A stretch of 64,000 nt of DNA from assembly GCA_037379345.1 (NCBI GenBank), contig CM074525.1:16545275-16609274 (forward strand), read 5' to 3'. A model generated the notes under the pieces. It had not been told where the DNA came from, made no database searches, and worked only from the letters and a program-made list of their open reading frames with translations. Position 1 is the first letter of the stretch, and each line of letters begins with the position of its first letter. This document shows, piece after piece, positions 63,360-64,000 of the stretch. A program made the position numbers and the translations under genes. This DNA is from Perna viridis. Taxonomy: Eukaryota.

Positions 63360-64000
63360 ATGCTGAGGTTAAGAAGGCCCATTCTGTCATGTTGAGTGTT
63401 GGGGTACATGTAACGGCATTCAGTGTTTCACCAAGTGTTGGTCTGCGTTGAGGTATGGGATGTGTCCTCTACACTGTTGTCTAAACATTGATCGCATTTA
63501 AAGTTTTGCAGTGTTTTTTCTTTTTGTTTTTGCCCCAGTGTTCACTGTTGGTCTGCATTATGCTATGGGAGGTATTCTCTTCGGTGTTGTCGAAGGGCAA
63601 GTCTTCATTGGCGTACGGCAGGTGACCTCTTGAGTTATTTCAAATTGTTCCTTTGCGTTGCAGTATAGAATGTTGCAGTATCCTTTACAGAGTTTTCAAA
63701 GTATCGGTGGTAACTGTGGTGTTGTAATTGGTATTGTCCCAGTATCGCGTTGTGTACATGTATATGATTATGAGGTATAAGAGGTGCACTCTACGGTGTT
63801 ATAAAAATGTTGATCTGCGTTGATGTATATATATGACGTGTTCTATTCGATTTTGTGTAGGAATTGCTCTGCGTTGAGGTTCAGGAGGTGTTCTTTTCGG
63901 TGTTGTGTAAGAGTTGCTCTGCATTGAGATGTAGGATGAGTTTTTTGGGTGCTGTCCAAGTGTAGCTATGCGTTGAGGTACAATAGTTGTTATCTTCGGT
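63360..64000. repeat. Degenerate tandem array, about 50-bp unit, running off the right edge
   Basis: Recurrent GTTGnTCTGCGTTGAGGTAT..TCTTCGGTGTTGT. Confidence 0.65.

Overview
AT-rich eukaryotic genomic DNA with spliceosomal introns. It is most likely a bivalve mollusc (oyster-like); this is inferred from the repeat families and the very frequent TACATGTA motif. Left half (1-32 kb): a minus-strand tandem cluster of three paralogous secreted VWA/EGF (matrilin/collagen-VI-like) genes. Gene C is complete (signal peptide-VWA-EGF-cbEGF-VWA-VWA, 6 exons, 671 aa), gene B is a rearranged pseudogene, and gene A runs off the left edge. A plus-strand IgGFc-binding-protein (FCGBP N-terminal domain) pseudogene lies between A and B. 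Right half (37-52 kb): an intact 12-exon calpain-5/TRA-3-type gene (651 aa) whose catalytic Cys is replaced by Thr, i.e. a probable pseudoprotease. A lone signal-peptide exon of another gene sits at about 60.4 kb. Introns and spacers carry many mobile elements: Penelope-like (Naiad-type) RT copies with a structured 3' tail and a shared in-frame TGA at a Cys column, a 410-bp tRNA-Leu-derived tandem element inside a (TA)n tract, hAT5-like elements with 5-bp TSDs, TTAA and TA MITEs, Helentron-type fragments and minisatellites. All calls were made by eye; no searches were run.
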